Origin: Eledone cirrhosa
Lineage: Eukaryota
Assembly (NCBI GenBank): GCA_964016885.1
Contig: OZ024741.1
Coordinates: forward strand, 405,914,001 to 405,978,000
Direction: 5' to 3'
DNA length: 64,000 nucleotides
The notes beneath the pieces are model-generated. The model was given only the letters and a program-made list of their open reading frames with translations, was not told the origin of the DNA and ran no database searches. Made by a program: the position numbers and the translations under genes. This document shows positions 24,001 through 39,000 of this stretch, piece after piece (the first letter of the stretch is position 1; every line of letters starts with the position of its first letter).

Positions 24001-27000
24001 CTGGAACAGGTAGATGATACTAACAACTGGGAAGACTGGAACAGGTAGATGATACTAACAACTGGGAAGACTGGAACAGGTAGAATATATTAACAACTGG
24101 GAAGACTGGAACAGGTAGATGATACTAACAACTGGGAAGACTGGAACAGGTAGATGATACCAATAACTGGGAAGACTGGAACAGGTAGATGATACTAACA
24201 ACTGGGAAGACTGGAACAGGTAGATGATACCAACAACTGGGTAGACTGGAACAGGTAGATGATACTAACAACTGGGAAGACTGGAACAGGTAGATGATAC
24301 TAACAACTGGGAAGACTGGAACAGGTAGATGATACTAACAACTGGGTAGACTGGAACAGGTAGATGATACTAACAACTGGGAAGACTGGAACAGGTAGAT
24401 GATACCAACAACTGGGAAGACTGGAACAGGTAGATGATACTAACAACTGGGAAGACTGGAACAGGTAAATGATACCAACAACTGGGAAGACTGGAACAGG
24501 TAGATGATACTAACAACTGGGAAGACTGGAACAGGTAGATAATACCAACAACCGGGAAGACTGGAACAGGTAGATGATACCAACAACTGGGAAGACTGGA
24601 ACAGGTAGAAGATACTAACAACTGGGAAGACTGGAACAGGTAGATGATACTAACAACTGGGAAGACTGTAACAGGTAAGTGATACTAACAACTGGGAAGA
24701 CTGGAACAGGTAGATGATACTAACAACTGGGAAGACTGGAACAGGTAGATGATACTAACAACTGGGAAGACTGGAACAGGTAAATGATACTAAAAACTGG
24801 GAAGACTGGAACAGGTAAATGATACTAACTACTGGGAAGACCGGAACAGGTAAATGATACTAACAACTGGGAAGACTGGAACAGGTAAATGATACTAACA
24901 ACTGGGAAGACTGGAACAGGTAGATGATACTAACAACTGGGAAGACTGGAACAGGTAGATGATACTAACAACTGGGAAGACTGGAACACGTAAATGATAC
25001 TAACAACTGGGAAGACTGGAACAGGTAGATGATACCAACAACTGGGAAGACTGGAACAGGTAGAAGATACTAACAACTGGGAAGACTGGAACAGGTAAAT
25101 GATACGAACAACTGGGAAGACTGGAACAGGTAGATGATACTAACAACTGGGAAGACTGGAACCGGTAGATGATACCAATAACTGGGAAGACTGGAACAGG
25201 TAGATGATACTAACAACTGGGAAGACTGGAACAGGTAGATGATACTAACAACTGGGAAGACTGGAACAGGTAGATGATACTAACATCTGGGTAGACTGGA
25301 ACAGGTAGATGATACTAACAACTGGGAAGACTGGAACAGATAGATGATACTAACAACTGGGAAGACTGGAACAGGTAGATGATACCAACCACTGGGAAGA
25401 CTGGAACAGGTAGATGTTACTAACAACTGGGAAGACTGGAACAGATAGATGATACTAACAACTGGGAAGACTGGAACAGGTAGATGATACTAACAACTGG
25501 GAAGACTGGAACAGGTAGATGATACTAACAACGGGGAAGACTGGAACAGGTAGATGATACCAACAACTGGGAAGACTGGAACAGGTAGATGATACCAACA
25601 ACTGGGAAGACAGGAACAGGTAGAAGATACTAACAACTGGGAAGCCTGGAATAGGTAAATGATACTAACAACTGGGAAGACTGTAACAGGTAAAGGATAC
25701 TAACAACTGGGAAGACTGGAACAGGTAGATGATACTAACAACTGGGAAGACTGGAACAGGTAGATGATACTAACGACTGGGAAGACTGGAACAGGTAGAT
25801 GATACTAACAACTGGGAAGACTGGAACAGGTAGATGATACCAACAACTGGGAAGACTGGAACAGGTAAATGAAAATAACAACTGGGAAGACTGGAACAGG
25901 TAGATGATACTAAAAACTGGGAAGACTGGAACAGGTAAATGATACTAACAACTGGGAAGACCGGAACAGGTAAATGATACTAACAACTGGGAAGACTGGA
26001 ACAGGTAAATGAAAATAACAACTGGGAAGACTGGAACAGGTAGATGATACCAACAACCGGGAAGACTGGAACAGGTAGATGATACCAACAACTGGGAAGA
26101 CTGGAACAGGTAGAAGATACTAACAACTGGGAAGACTGGAACAGGTAGATGATACTAACAACTGGGAAGACTGCAACAGGTAGATGATACTAACAACTGG
26201 GAAGACTGGAACAGGTAGATGATACTAACAACTGGGAAGACTGGAACAGGTAGATGATACCAACAACTGGGAAGACTGGAACAGGTAGATGATACCAACA
26301 ACTGTGAAGACTGGAACAGGTAGATGATACCAACAACTGGGAAGACTGGAACAGGTAGATGATACTAACAACTGGGAAGACTGGAACAGGTAGATGATAC
26401 CAACAACTGGGAAGACTGGAACAGGTAGATGATACCAACAACTGGGAAGACTGGAACAGGTAGATGATACCAACAACTGGGAAGACTGGAACAGGTAGAT
26501 GATACTAACAACTGGGAAGACTGGAACAGGTAGATGATACCAACAACTGGGAAGACTGGAACAGGTAGATGATACTAACAACTGGGAAGACTGGAACAGG
26601 TAGATGATACTAACAACTGGGAAGACTGGAACAGGTAGATGATACCAACAACTGGGAAGACTGGAACAGGTAGATGATACCAACAACTGTGAAGACTGGA
26701 ACAGGTAGATGATACCAACAACTGGGAAGACTGGAACAGGTAGATGATACCAACAACTGGGAAGACTGGAACAGGTAGATGATACCAACAACTGTGAAGA
26801 CTGGAACAGGTAGATGATACCAACAACTGGGAAGACTGGAACAGGTAGATGATACTAACAACTGGGAAGACTGGAACAGGTAGATGATACCAACAACTGG
26901 GAAGACTGGAACAGGTAGATGATACCAACAACTGGGAAGACTGGAACAGGTAGATGATACCAACAACTGGGAAGACTGGAACAGGTAGATGATACTAACA

Positions 27001-30000
27001 ACTGGGAAGACTGGAACAGGTAGATGATACCAACAACTGGGAAGACTGGAACAGGTAGATGATACCAACAACTGGGAAGACTGGAACAGGTAGATGATAC
27101 CAACAACTGGGAAGACTGGAACAGGTAGACGATACCAAAAACTGGGAAGACTGGAACAGGTAGATGATACTAACAACTGGGAAGACTGGAACAGGCAGAT
27201 GATACTAACAACTGGGAAGACTGGAACAGGTAGAAGATACTAACAACTGGGAAGACTGGAACAGGTAGATGATACCAACAACTGGGTAGACTGGAACAGG
27301 TAGATGATACTAACAACTGGGAAGTCTGAAACAGGTAGATGATATTAACAACAGGGAAGTCTGAAACAGGTAAATGATACTAACAACTGGGAAGACTGGA
27401 ACAGGTAGATGATACTAACAACTGGGAAGACTGGAACAGGTAGATGATACTAACAACTGGGAAGACTGGAACAGGTAGATGATACTAACAACTGGGAAGA
27501 CTGGAACAGGTAGATGATACTAACAACTGGGAAGACTGGAACAGGTAGATGATACCAATAACTGGGAAGACTGGAACAGGTAGATGATACTAACAACTGG
27601 GAAGACTGGAACAGGTAGATAATACCAACAACCGGGAAGACTGGAACAGGTAGATGATACCAACAACTAGGAAGACTGGAACAGGTAGAAGATACTAACA
27701 ACTGGGAAGACTGGAACAGGTAGATGATACTAACAACTGGGAAGACTGTAACAGGTAAGTGATACTAACAACTGGGAAGACTGGAACAGGTAGATGATAC
27801 TAACAACTGGGAAGACTGGAACAGGTAGATGATACTAACAACTGGGAAGACAGGAACAGGTAAATGATGCTAAAAACTGGGAAGACTGGAACAGGTAAAT
27901 GATACTAACTACTGGGAAGACCGGAACAGGTAAATGATACTAACAACTGGGAAGACTGGAACAGTTAAATGATACTAACAACTGGGAAGACTGGAACAGG
28001 TAGATGATACTAACAACTGGGAAGACTGGAACAGGTAGATGATACTAACAACTGGGAAGACTGGAACACGTAAATGATACTAACAACTGGGAAGACTGGA
28101 ACAGGTAGATGATACCAACAACTGGGAAGACTGGAACAGGTAGAAGATACTAACAACTGGGAAGACTGGAACAGGTAAATGATACCAACAACTGGGAAGA
28201 CTGGAACAGGTAGATGATACTAACAACTGGGAAGATTGGAACCGGTAGATGATACCAATAACTGGGAAGACTGGAACAGGTAGATGATACTAACAACTGG
28301 GAAGACTGGAACAGGTAGATGATACTAACAACTGGGAAGACTGGAACAGGTAGATGATACTAACAACTGGGTAGACTGGAACAGGTAGATGATACTAACA
28401 ACTGGGAAGACTGGAACAGATAGATGATACTAACAACTGGGAAGACTGGAACAGGTAGATGATACCAACCACTGGGAAGACTGGAACAGGTAGATGTTAC
28501 TAACAACTGGGAAGACTGGAACAGATAGATGATACTAACAACTGGGAAGACTGGAACAGGTAGATGATACTAACAACTGGGAAGACTGGAACAGGTAGAT
28601 GATACTAACAACGGGGAAGACTGGAACATGTAGATGATACCAACAACTGGGAAGACTGGAACAGGTAGATGATACCAAAAACTGGGAAGACAGGAACAGG
28701 TAGAAGATACTAACAACTGGGAAGACTGGAATAGGTAAATGATACTAACAACTGGGAAGACTGTAACAGGTAAAGGATACTAACAACTGGGAAGACTGGA
28801 ACAGGTAGATGATACTAACAACTGGGAAGACTGGAACAGGTAGATGATACTAACGACTGGGAAGAATGGAACAGGTAGATGATACTAACAACTGGGAAGA
28901 CTGGAACAGGTAGATGATACCAACAACTGGGAAGACTGGAACAGGTAAATGAAAATAACAACTGGGAAGACTGGAACAGGTAGATGATACTAAAAACTGG
29001 GAAGACTGGAACAGGTAAATGATACTAACAACTGGGAAGACCGGAACAGGTAAATGATACTAACAACTGGGAAGACTGGAACAGGTAAATGAAAATAACA
29101 ACTGGGAAGACTGGAACAGGTAGATGATACTAACAACTGGGAAGACTGGAACAGGTAGATGATACTAACAACTGGGAAGACTGGAACAGGTAAATGATAC
29201 TAACAACTGGGAAGACTGGAACAGGTAGAAGATACCAACAACTGGGAAGACTGGAACAGGTAGATGATACTAACAACTGGGAAGACTGGAACAGGTAGAT
29301 GATACCAACAACTGGGAAGACTGGAACAGGTAGATGATACTAAAAACTGGGAAGACTGGAACAGGTAAATGATACCAACAACTGGGAAGACTGGAACAGG
29401 TAGATGATACCAACCACTGGGAAGACTGGAACAGGTAGATGATACCAACCACTGGGAAGACTGGAACAGGTAGATGATACTAACAACTGGGAAGACTGGA
29501 ACAGGTAGATGATACAAATAACTGGGAAGACTGGAACAGGTAGATGATACTAACAACTGGGAAGACTGGAACGGGTAGAAGATACCAACCACTGGGAAGA
29601 CTGGAACAGGTAGATGATACTAACAACTGGGAAGACTGGAACAGATAGATGATACTAACAACTGGGAAGACTGGAACAGGTAGATGATACTAACAACTGG
29701 GAAGACTGGAACAGGTAGATGATACTAACAACTGGGAAGACTGGAACAGGTAGATGATACTAACAACTGGGAAGACTGGAACAGGTAGATGATACTAACA
29801 ACTGGGAAGACTGGAACAGGTAAATGATACTAAAAACTGGGAAGACTGGAACAGGTAAATGATACTAACTACTGGGAAGACCGGAACAGGTAAATGATAC
29901 TAACAACTGGGAAGACTGGAACAGGTAAATGATACTAACAACTGGGAAGACTGGAACAGGTAGATGATACTAACAACTGGGAAGACTGGAACAGGTAGAT

Positions 30001-33000
30001 GATACTAACAACTGGGAAGACTGGAACACGTAAATGATACTAACAACTGGGAAGACTGGAACAGGTAGATGATACCAACAACTGGGAAGACTGGAACAGG
30101 TAGAAGATACTAACAACTGGGAAGACTGGAACAGGTAAATGATACGAACAACTGGGAAGACTGGAACAGGTAGATGATACTAACAACTGGGAAGACTGGA
30201 ACCGGTAGATGATACCAATAACTGGGAAGACTGGAACAGGTAGATGATACTAACAACTGGGAAGACTGGAACAGGTAGATGATACTAACAACTGGGAAGA
30301 CTGGAACAGGTAGATGATACTAACAACTGGGTAGACTGGAACAGGTAGATGATACTAACAACTGGGAAGACTGGAACAGATAGATGATACTAACAACTGG
30401 GAAGACTGGAACAGGTAGATGATACCAACCACTGGGAAGACTGGAACAGGTAGATGTTACTAACAACTGGGAAGACTGGAACAGATAGATGATACTAACA
30501 ACTGGGAAGACTGGAACAGGTAGATGATACTAACAACTGGGAAGACTGGAACAGGTAGATGATACTAACAACGGGGAAGACTGGAACAGGTAGATGATAC
30601 CAACAACTGGGAAGACTGGAACAGGTAGATGATACCAACAACTGGGAAGACAGGAACAGGTAGAAGATACTAACAACTGGGAAGACTGGAATAGGTAAAT
30701 GATACTAACAACTGGGAAGACTGTAACAGGTAAAGGATACTAACAACTGGGAAGACTGGAACAGGTAGATGATACTAACAACTGGGAAGACTGGAACAGG
30801 TAGATGATACTAACGACTGGGAAGACTGGAACAGGTAGATGATACTAACAACTGGGAAGACTGGAACAGGTAGATGATACCAACAACTGGGAAGACTGGA
30901 ACAGGTAAATGAAAATAACAACTGGGAAGACTGGAACAGGTAGATGATACTAAAAACTGGGAAGACTGGAACAGGTAAATGATACTAACAACTGGGAAGA
31001 CCGGAACAGGTAAATGATACTAACAACTGGGAAGACTGGAACAGGTAAATGAAAATAACAACTGGGAAGACTGGAACAGGTAGATGATACCAACAACCGG
31101 GAAGACTGGAACAGGTAGATGATACCAACAACTGGGAAGACTGGAACAGGTAGAAGATACTAACAACTGGGAAGACTGGAACAGGTAGATGATACTAACA
31201 ACTGGGAAGACTGCAACAGGTAGATGATACTAACAACTGGGAAGACTGGAACAGGTAGATGATACTAACAACTGGGAAGACTGGAACAGGTAGATGATAC
31301 CAACAACTGGGAAGACTGGAACAGGTAGATGATACCAACAACTGTGAAGACTGGAACAGGTAGATGATACCAACAACTGGGAAGACTGGAACAGGTAGAT
31401 GATACTAACAACTGGGAAGACTGGAACAGGTAGATGATACCAACAACTGGGAAGACTGGAACAGGTAGATGATACCAACAACTGGGAAGACTGGAACAGG
31501 TAGATGATACCAACAACTGGGAAGACTGGAACAGGTAGATGATACTAACAACTGGGAAGACTGGAACAGGTAGATGATACCAACAACTGGGAAGACTGGA
31601 ACAGGTAGATGATACTAACAACTGGGAAGACTGGAACAGGTAGATGATACTAACAACTGGGAAGACTGGAACAGGTAGATGATACCAACAACTGGGAAGA
31701 CTGGAACAGGTAGATGATACCAACAACTGTGAAGACTGGAACAGGTAGATGATACCAACAACTGGGAAGACTGGAACAGGTAGATGATACCAACAACTGG
31801 GAAGACTGGAACAGGTAGATGATACCAACAACTGTGAAGACTGGAACAGGTAGATGATACCAACAACTGGGAAGACTGGAACAGGTAGATGATACTAACA
31901 ACTGGGAAGACTGGAACAGGTAGATGATACCAACAACTGGGAAGACTGGAACAGGTAGATGATACCAACAACTGGGAAGACTGGAACAGGTAGATGATAC
32001 CAACAACTGGGAAGACTGGAACAGGTAGATGATACTAACAACTGGGAAGACTGGAACAGGTAGATGATACCAACAACTGGGAAGACTGGAACAGGTAGAT
32101 GATACCAACAACTGGGAAGACTGGAACAGGTAGATGATACCAACAACTGGGAAGACTGGAACAGGTAGACGATACCAAAAACTGGGAAGACTGGAACAGG
32201 TAGATGATACTAACAACTGGGAAGACTGGAACAGGCAGATGATACTAACAACTGGGAAGACTGGAACAGGTAGAAGATACTAACAACTGGGAAGACTGGA
32301 ACAGGTAGATGATACCAACAACTGGGTAGACTGGAACAGGTAGATGATACTAACAACTGGGAAGTCTGAAACAGGTAGATGATATTAACAACAGGGAAGT
32401 CTGAAACAGGTAAATGATACTAACAACTGGGAAGACTGGAACAGGTAGATGATACTAACAACTGGGAAGACTGGAACAGGTAGATGATACTAACAACTGG
32501 GAAGACTGGAACAGGTAGATGATACTAACAACTGGGAAGACTGGAACAGGTAGATGATACTAACAACTGGGAAGACTGGAACAGGTAGATGATACCAATA
32601 ACTGGGAAGACTGGAACAGGTAGATGATACTAACAACTGGGAAGACTGGAACAGGTAGATAATACCAACAACCGGGAAGACTGGAACAGGTAGATGATAC
32701 CAACAACTAGGAAGACTGGAACAGGTAGAAGATACTAACAACTGGGAAGACTGGAACAGGTAGATGATACTAACAACTGGGAAGACTGTAACAGGTAAGT
32801 GATACTAACAACTGGGAAGACTGGAACAGGTAGATGATACTAACAACTGGGAAGACTGGAACAGGTAGATGATACTAACAACTGGGAAGACAGGAACAGG
32901 TAAATGATGCTAAAAACTGGGAAGACTGGAACAGGTAAATGATACTAACTACTGGGAAGACCGGAACAGGTAAATGATACTAACAACTGGGAAGACTGGA

Positions 33001-36000
33001 ACAGTTAAATGATACTAACAACTGGGAAGACTGGAACAGGTAGATGATACTAACAACTGGGAAGACTGGAACAGGTAGATGATACTAACAACTGGGAAGA
33101 CTGGAACACGTAAATGATACTAACAACTGGGAAGACTGGAACAGGTAGATGATACCAACAACTGGGAAGACTGGAACAGGTAGAAGATACTAACAACTGG
33201 GAAGACTGGAACAGGTAAATGATACCAACAACTGGGAAGACTGGAACAGGTAGATGATACTAACAACTGGGAAGATTGGAACCGGTAGATGATACCAATA
33301 ACTGGGAAGACTGGAACAGGTAGATGATACTAACAACTGGGAAGACTGGAACAGGTAGATGATACTAACAACTGGGAAGACTGGAACAGGTAGATGATAC
33401 TAACAACTGGGTAGACTGGAACAGGTAGATGATACTAACAACTGGGAAGACTGGAACAGATAGATGATACTAACAACTGGGAAGACTGGAACAGGTAGAT
33501 GATACCAACCACTGGGAAGACTGGAACAGGTAGATGTTACTAACAACTGGGAAGACTGGAACAGATAGATGATACTAACAACTGGGAAGACTGGAACAGG
33601 TAGATGATACTAACAACTGGGAAGACTGGAACAGGTAGATGATACTAACAACGGGGAAGACTGGAACATGTAGATGATACCAACAACTGGGAAGACTGGA
33701 ACAGGTAGATGATACCAAAAACTGGGAAGACAGGAACAGGTAGAAGATACTAACAACTGGGAAGACTGGAATAGGTAAATGATACTAACAACTGGGAAGA
33801 CTGTAACAGGTAAAGGATACTAACAACTGGGAAGACTGGAACAGGTAGATGATACTAACAACTGGGAAGACTGGAACAGGTAGATGATACTAACGACTGG
33901 GAAGACTGGAACAGGTAGATGATACTAACAACTGGGAAGACTGGAACAGGTAGATGATACCAACAACTGGGAAGACTGGAACAGGTAAATGAAAATAACA
34001 ACTGGGAAGACTGGAACAGGTAGATGATACTAAAAACTGGGAAGACTGGAACAGGTAAATGATACTAACAACTGGGAAGACCGGAACAGGTAAATGATAC
34101 TAACAACTGGGAAGACTGGAACAGGTAAATGAAAATAACAACTGGGAAGACTGGAACAGGTAGATGATACTAACAACTGGGAAGACTGGAACAGGTAGAT
34201 GATACTAACAACTGGGAAGACTGGAACAGGTAAATGATACTAACAACTGGGAAGACTGGAACAGGTAGAAGATACCAACAACTGGGAAGACTGGAACAGG
34301 TAGATGATACTAACAACTGGGAAGACTGGAACTGGTAGATGATACCAACAACTGGGAAGACTGGAACAGGTAGATGATACTAAAAACTGGGAAGACTGGA
34401 ACAGGTAAATGATACCAACAACTGGGAAGACTGGAACAGGTAGATGATACCAACCACTGGGAAGACTGGAACAGGTAGATGATACCAACCACTGGGAAGA
34501 CTGGAACAGGTAGATGATACTAACAACTGGGAAGACTGGAACAGGTAGATGATACAAATAACTGGGAAGACTGGAACAGGTAGATGATACTAACAACTGG
34601 GAAGACTGGAACGGGTAGAAGATACCAACCACTGGGAAGACTGGAACAGGTAGATGATACTAACAACTGGGAAGACTGGAACAGATAGATGATACTAACA
34701 ACTGGGAAGACTGGAACAGGTAGATGATACTAACAACTGGGAAGACTGGAACAGGTAGATGATACTAACAACTGGGAAGACTGGAACAGGTAGATGATAC
34801 TAACAACTGGGAAGACTGGAACAGGTAGATGATACCAACAACTGGGAAGACTGGAACAGGTAGATGATACTAACAACTGGGAAGACTGGAACAGGTAAAT
34901 GATACCAACAACTGGGAAGACTGGAACAGGTAAATGATACTAACAACTAGGAAGACTGGAACAGGTAAATGATACTAAAAACTGGGAAGACTGGAACAGG
35001 TAAATGATACTAACAACTGGGAAGACTGGAACAGGTAAATGATACTAACAACTGGGAAGACTGGAACAGGTAAATGATACTAACAACTGGGAAGACTGGA
35101 ACAGGTAGATGATACTAACAACTGGGAAGACTGGAACAGGTAGATGATACCAACAACTGGGAAGACTGGAACAGGTAGATGATACTAACAACTGGGAAGA
35201 CTGGAACAGGTAAATGATACCAACAACTGGGAAGACTGGAACAGGTAAATGATACTAACAACTAGGAAGACTGGAACAGGTAGATGATACTAACAACTGG
35301 GAAGACTGGAACAGGTAGATGATACTAACAACTGGGAAGACTGGAACAGGTAGATGATACTAACAACTGGGAAGACTGGAACAGGTAGATGATACTAACA
35401 ACTGGGAAGACTGGAACAGGTAGATGATACTAACAACTGGGAAGACTGGAACAGGTAGATGATACTAACAACTGGGAAGACTGGAACAGGTAGATGATAC
35501 CAACAACTGGGAAGACTGGAACAGGTAGATGATACTAACAACTGGGAAGACTGGAACAGGTAGATGATACTAACAACTGGGAAGACTGGAACAGGTAGGT
35601 GATACTAACAACTGGGAAGACTGGAACAGGTAGATGATACCAACAACTGGGAAGACTGGAACAGGTAGATGATACTAACAACTGGGAAGACTGGAACAGG
35701 TAAATGATACCAACAACTGGGAAGACTGGAACAGGTAGATGATACCAACCACTGGGAAGACTGGAACAGGTAGATGATACCAACCACTGGGAAGACTGGA
35801 ACAGGTAGATGATACTAACAACTGGGAAGACTGGAACAGGTAGATGATACAAATAACTGGGAAGACTGGAACAGGTAGATGATACTAACAACTGGGAAGA
35901 CTGGAACGGGTAGAAGATACCAACCACTGGGAAGACTGGAACAGGTAGATGATACTAACAACTGGGAAGACTGGAACAGATAGATGATACTAACAACTGG

Positions 36001-39000
36001 GAAGACTGGAACAGGTAGATGATACTAACAACTGGGAAGACTGGAACAGGTAGATGATACTAACAACTGGGAAGACTGGAACAGGTAGATGATACTAACA
36101 ACTGGGAAGACTGGAACAGGTAGATGATACCAACAACTGGGAAGACTGGAACAGGTAGATGATACTAACAACTGGGAAGACTGGAACAGGTAAATGATAC
36201 CAACAACTGGGAAGACTGGAACAGGTAAATGATACTAACAACTAGGAAGACTGGAACAGGTAAATGATACTAAAATCTGGGAAGACTGGAACAGGTAAAT
36301 GATACTAACAACTGGGAAGACTGGAACAGGTAAATGATACTAACAACTGGGAAGACTGGAACAGGTAAATGATACTAACAACTGGGAAGACTGGAACAGG
36401 TAGATGATACTAACAACTGGGAAGACTGGAACAGGTAGATGATACCAACAACTGGGAAGACTGGAACAGGTAGATGATACTAACAACTGGGAAGACTGGA
36501 ACAGGTAAATGATACCAACAACTGGGAAGACTGGAACAGGTAAATGATACTAACAACTAGGAAGACTGGAACAGGTAGATGATACTAACAACTGGGAAGA
36601 CTGGAACAGGTAGATGATACTAACAACTGGGAAGACTGGAACAGGTAGATGATACTAACAACTGGGAAGACTGGAACAGGTAGATGATACTAACAACTGG
36701 GAAGACTGGAACAGGTAGATGATACTAACAACTGGGTAGACTGGAACAGGTAGATGATACCAAACACTGGGAAGACTGGAACAGGTAGATGATACTAACA
36801 ACTGGGAAGACTGGAACAGGTAGAAGATACTAACAACTGGGAAGACTGGAACAGGTAGATGATACCAACCACTGGGAAGACTGGAACAGGTAGATGATAC
36901 TAACTACTGGGAAGACTGGAACAGGTAGAAGATACTAACAACTGGGAAGACTGGAACAGGTAGAAGATACTAACCACTGGGAAGACTGGAACAGGCAGAT
37001 GATACCAACAACTGGGAAGACTGGAACAGGCAGATAATACTAACAACTGGGAAGACTGGAACAGGTAGATGATACTAACAACTGGGAAGACTGGAACAGG
37101 TAGATCATACTAACAACAAGGAAGACTGAAACAGGTGGATGATACTAACAACTAGGAAGACTGGAACAGGTAGATGATACTAACTACTGGGAAGACTAGA
37201 ACAGATAGATGATACCAACCACTGGGAAGACTGGAACAGGTAGAAGATACTAACAACTGGGAAAACTGGAACAGGTAGATGATACTAACAACTAGGAAGA
37301 CTGGAACAGGTAGATGATACTAACAACTGGGAAGACTGGAACAGGTAGATGATACTAACAACTAGGAAGACTGTAACAGGTAGATGATACTAAAAACTGG
37401 GAAGACTGAAAAAGGTAGATGATACTAACAACTGGGAGGACTGAAACAGGTAGATGATACTAACAACTGGGAAGACTGGAACAGGTAGATGATACTAACA
37501 ACTGGGAAGACTGGAACATGCAGATGATACCAACAACTGGGAAGACTGGAACAGTTAGATGATACTAACAACTGGGCAGACTGGAACGGGTAGATGATAC
37601 TAACAACTGGGAAGACTGGAACAGGTAGATGATACTAATAACTGGGAAGACTGGAACAGGTAGATGATACTAACAACTGGAAAGACTGGAACAGGTAGAA
37701 GATACTAACAACTGGGAAGACTGGAACAGTTAGATGATACTAACAACTGGGCAGACTGGAACGGGTAGATGATACTAACAACTGGGAAGACTGGAACAGG
37801 TAGATGATACCAACAACTGGGAAGACTGGAACAGGTAGATGATACTAACTACTGGGAAGACTGGAACAGGTAGATGATACTAACAACTGGAAAGACTGGA
37901 ACAGGTAGAAGATACTAACAACTGGGAAGACTGGAACAGGTAGATGATACTAACAACTGGGCAGACTCGAACAGATAGATGATACTAACTACTGGGAAGA
38001 CTGGAACAGGTAGATGATACTAACAACTGGGAAGACTGGAACAGGTAGATGATACTAACAACTGGGAAGACTGGAACAGGTTGAAGATACTAACAACTGG
38101 GAAGACTGGAACAGGTAGATGATACTAACAACTGGGAAGACTGGAACAGGTAGAAGATACTAACAACTGGGAAGACTGGAACATGTAGAAGATACTAACA
38201 ACTGGGAAGACTGGAACAGATAGATGATACTAACAACTGGGAAGACTGGATCAGGTAGATGATACTAACAACTGGGAAGACTGGAACAGGTAGATGATAC
38301 TAACAACTGGAAAGACTGGAACAGGTAGATGAAACTAACAACTGGGAAGACTGGAACAGGTAGATGATACCAACAACTGGGAAGACTGGAACAGGTAGAT
38401 GATACTAACAACTGGGAAGACTGGAACAGGTAGATGATACCAATAACTGGGAAGACTGGAACAGGTAGATGATACTAACAACTGGGAAGACTGGAACAGG
38501 TAGATGATACTAACAACTGGGAAGACTGGAACAGGTAGATGATACTAACAACTGGGTAGACTGGAACAGGTAGATGATACTAACAACTGGGAAGACTGGA
38601 ACAGATAGATGATACTAACAACTGGGAAGACTGGAACAGGTAGATGATACCAACCACTGGGAAGACTGGAACAGGTAGATGTTACTAACAACTGGGAAGA
38701 CTGGAACAGATAGATGATACTAACAACTGGGAAGACTGGAACAGGTAGATGATACTAACAACTGGGAAGACTGGAACAGGTAGATGATACTAACAACGGG
38801 GAAGACTGGAACAGGTAGATGATACCAACAACTGGGAAGACTGGAACAGGTAGATGATACCAACAACTGGGAAGACAGGAACAGGTAGAAGATACTAACA
38901 ACTGGGAAGACTGGAATAGGTAAATTATACTAACAACTGGGAAGACTGTAACAGGTAAAGGATACTAACAACTGGGAAGACTGGAACAGGTAGATGATAC

